NCBI GenBank assembly: GCA_963664875.1
Contig: OY761611.1
Span: forward strand, 2,272,001 to 2,336,000
Source of the DNA: Candidatus Kapaibacterium sp.
GTDB taxonomy: Bacteria > Bacteroidota > Ignavibacteria > Kapaibacteriales > UBA2268
Reading direction: 5' to 3'
DNA: 64,000 bases
A program made the translations under genes and the position numbers. Position 1 is the stretch's first letter. Each line of letters begins with the position of its first letter. Positions 61,620-64,000 of the stretch are shown in pieces. The notes under the pieces are model-generated. The model ran no database searches. It was not told the DNA's origin and saw nothing but the letters and a program-made list of their open reading frames with translations.

Positions 61620-63761
61620 ATGTTACAAGTTATACAGCATCAAAAATCGGGCGATATTTTAGTTGAAGACTTGCCCGCTCCTCAATGCCCTGAAAACGGG
61701 ATTTTGGTTCAAAACTACTTCTCACTTATTAGCGCAGGCACAGAAAAATTCTCTGTCGAAAAGGCGAAATCTTCTCTTATTGAAAGAGCAAGGAAACAGC
61801 CTGAAGATGTGAAAATGGTGATTGACTTCGTTAAAAAGGAAGGCATTGCCAAAACTGCTAAGCGTGTGCTGAATGCACTTGATTCTTATAAACTGCTCGG
61901 CTATAGTAGTGCCGGAGTTGTATTAGAATCTACCTGCGATGAATTCAAGCCGGGCGATAGAGTTGCCTGTGGGGGTGCAGGTTATGCAAACCATGCTGAA
62001 GTAGTAGCTGTTCCGAAAAATCTTGCAGTCCATCTGCCTGATAATGTCAGCTTTGAGGAAGCATCGTTTACTACTCTTGGTGCTATAGCTATGCAGGGCT
62101 TCAGACAAGCTGACCCAAGACTTGGCGAAACAGTCGCCGTAGTTGGGCTTGGTTTGCTCGGGCAAATTACTGTTCAGCTTCTTAAAGCGGCAGGTTGCAG
62201 AGTTGTAGGCTTGGACATAAACGAGGATTTATTTGAAGCTGCTAAAAAATACGGATGCGAAGCTACTTTCCTCAGCACCAAAGCAAACGCTGCAAATGTA
62301 AAAGCTTTTGCGAGAGGGCTTGGCTGTGACTCAGTTATTCTTACTGCCAGCACTTCATCCAATGAGCCAATGGAACTTGCATTAGATATATGCCGCAAAC
62401 GTGGCACTATTGTAGTTGTTGGTGCTGTTGGTATGGATATTCCTCGAGGTCCTTTCTATCTAAAAGAAATAGATTTGAAGATTGCTTGCAGCTACGGCCC
62501 GGGAAGATATGACACCGATTACGAAGTAAAAGGCAACGACTACCCTGCTGCGTATGTTCGTTGGACTGAAAACAGAAATATGGTTTCTTTTGTTGACCTC
62601 ATCAGCTCAAAAAGTATAGATGTGAAATCTATGATTACTCATACTTTCAAAGTTGCAGACTCAGCAAAAGCTTATGATATAATTATGGGTAAAACGCCTG
62701 AAAAGTTTACAGGCATAGTTATAGAATACCCGGAAAGAAAAAATATACTATCAAGGACTGTTGCAAATACTAAATCCAACAGCCCGACAGATTCAATAAA
62801 AGTTGCAATGCTTGGCGCAGGCTCGTTTGCAACGAATAATCTTATACCAGCTTTAAAAACTGCAAAAGTAGAAATGGCTGCTGTTACAACTGCGACTTCG
62901 GTAAATGCTTCAACAGCTGCTAAATTGCACGGATTTAAAGTCGCTTCTACTGACTCTTTGGAAATAATCAAATCCAAAGATAATAATGTAATTTTCTGTG
63001 CAAGCAGACATGACAGCCATGCAGAGTATGTATTGGAATCAATCAAAGCAGGCAAACCGATATTTATCGAAAAGCCATTATGCGTTACTAAAGAAGAGCT
63101 TGAAAGCATAAAAGATGCAAACAATAAGCTTAGTGGGCGGGTAATGGTTGGCTTCAACAGAAGATTTTCTAAGCCATTTAGAGATATTTCCAATTTCTTT
63201 GAAGGAAGAAAGGAACCTCTTTCAATGATTTACAGAGTTAATGCCGGGAATATTCCTAAAACGCATTGGGTGCATGATTCTGCAAACAGAGGAAGAATTA
63301 TCGGTGAAGTATGTCACTTTATAGATACTATGATGTATCTTTGCGGCGAACGTCCGCAGCGTGTATATGCAGAATGTATCTCTGTCAAAAGTGAAGATGT
63401 AACAAATGCAGATAATGTTTCTATAAATATAAAATTCTCGAGTGGTTCTATCGGTACAGTACACTATTTCTCAAACGGGGATAAATCTGTACCAAAAGAG
63501 TACTGTGAAGTTTACTCTCAAAGACAAACTGCCTTTATGGATAATTTCACAAGTGTTGAGTTATTCCAATCGGGCAGACAGAAAACTAAGAAATACGATG
63601 GTAGCAAAGGCATAGACATAGAAGTTAAGGAAACAATTGAATCAATCAGAAATGGAAACAATATGCCTATCAGCTTTGAGGAATTGTATGATGTAACAGC
63701 TGCAACTTTTGCCGTGTTAGACTCTTTAGCTCAGGCAAGTCCTATTGATTTAAGCAAATAA
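61620..63761 (+). CDS. Bi-domain oxidoreductase (MDR/Zn-ADH-like + Gfo/Idh/MocA), typical of polysaccharide loci
   Basis: SLISAGTE, LGYSSAG, GLGLLGQ, SYGPGRYD, RWTENRN; GAGSFA, IEKPL, VGFNRRFS, GEVCHFID. Confidence 0.9.
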   Translation: MLQVIQHQKSGDILVEDLPAPQCPENGILVQNYFSLISAGTEKFSVEKAKSSLIERARKQPEDVKMVIDFVKKEGIAKTAKRVLNALDSYKLLGYSSAGVVLESTCDEFKPGDRVACGGAGYANHAEVVAVPKNLAVHLPDNVSFEEASFTTLGAIAMQGFRQADPRLGETVAVVGLGLLGQITVQLLKAAGCRVVGLDINEDLFEAAKKYGCEATFLSTKANAANVKAFARGLGCDSVILTASTSSNEPMELALDICRKRGTIVVVGAVGMDIPRGPFYLKEIDLKIACSYGPGRYDTDYEVKGNDYPAAYVRWTENRNMVSFVDLISSKSIDVKSMITHTFKVADSAKAYDIIMGKTPEKFTGIVIEYPERKNILSRTVANTKSNSPTDSIKVAMLGAGSFATNNLIPALKTAKVEMAAVTTATSVNASTAAKLHGFKVASTDSLEIIKSKDNNVIFCASRHDSHAEYVLESIKAGKPIFIEKPLCVTKEELESIKDANNKLSGRVMVGFNRRFSKPFRDISNFFEGRKEPLSMIYRVNAGNIPKTHWVHDSANRGRIIGEVCHFIDTMMYLCGERPQRVYAECISVKSEDVTNADNVSINIKFSSGSIGTVHYFSNGDKSVPKEYCEVYSQRQTAFMDNFTSVELFQSGRQKTKKYDGSKGIDIEVKETIESIRNGNNMPISFEELYDVTAATFAVLDSLAQASPIDLSK

Positions 63762-63783
63762 TACAACAGAAGGGATAATATAA

Positions 63784-64000
63784 ATGAGAAAATTGATTTT
63801 ATTTTTTTTGATAGCTTTTGTGCTCAACCAATTTGATGCTTACGCTTATAAAGCAATGACTACAGAACAAACAAGAGCGATGATTCAATCGGATTCTCGG
63901 TTCATAGTCTCGCTATCCGGTAGCTGGAAACAAAGCTATGATGGCGAAAATTGGGAGAATGCGGAACTCCCGTCTTCGGCAGATTACAGTGGAACTATAA
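63784..64000 (+). CDS. 5' part of a secreted protein, possibly glycoside hydrolase family 2-like (truncated by window)
   Basis: MRKLIFIFLIAFVLNQFDAYA signal peptide, then VSLSGSWKQSYDGENWENAELP; open to the window end. Confidence 0.55.
   Translation, partial: MRKLILFFLIAFVLNQFDAYAYKAMTTEQTRAMIQSDSRFIVSLSGSWKQSYDGENWENAELPSSADYSGTI

Noticed and set aside
134-63464. Many short ORFs antisense to or overlapping long genes (e.g. 134..379, 13814..14368, 20800..21213, 60207..60704, 62672..63193)
   Set aside because: Shadow frames of well-supported genes, with no motifs or RBS
1-64000. CRISPR array, prophage, integrase/transposase, reverse transcriptase or toxin-antitoxin system
   Set aside because: No repeat-spacer periodicity or matching protein motifs found by eye; a short diverged element could have been missed

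Overview
AT-rich chromosomal window, mostly housekeeping, from what looks like a Bacteroidota-superphylum organism of the Ignavibacteria/Kapabacteria type. That placement is inferred from T9SS SprA, T9SS-cargo Omp28-like proteins, flagellins and recurrent TAnnTTTG promoter motifs alongside Shine-Dalgarno sites. Contents: 3' end of polA, two tandem flagellins, dinB, five histidine kinases, sprA, bacterioferritin, a cysteine desulfurase-family gene, an MltB-type transglycosylase, leuS, queC, a stand-alone rpsD, hrcA, menH, ADP-forming acetate-CoA ligase, flavoprotein oxidoreductases, a DsrC-type protein, uppP, tRNA-His and tRNA-Glu. I see no CRISPR array, prophage, transposase or defence system, and I cannot support a large new system. 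Most noteworthy: (1) a lone two-Cys, sulfate-reducer-like DsrC; (2) a ~150 bp duplication of the acetate-CoA ligase 3' end plus terminator, bracketing an NADH oxidase/CoA-disulfide reductase-family gene like an integration scar; (3) an orphan flagellin pair with a sigma54-like promoter and CsrA-type GGA hairpins; (4) an unknown coiled-coil/beta-barrel + TPR-LRR operon behind a structured leader; (5) a degenerate REC-HD-GYP pseudoenzyme; (6) a dinB whose conserved N-terminus is out of frame with both upstream starts; (7) decayed outer-membrane genes and a REP-like insertion around 39.7-45 kb.
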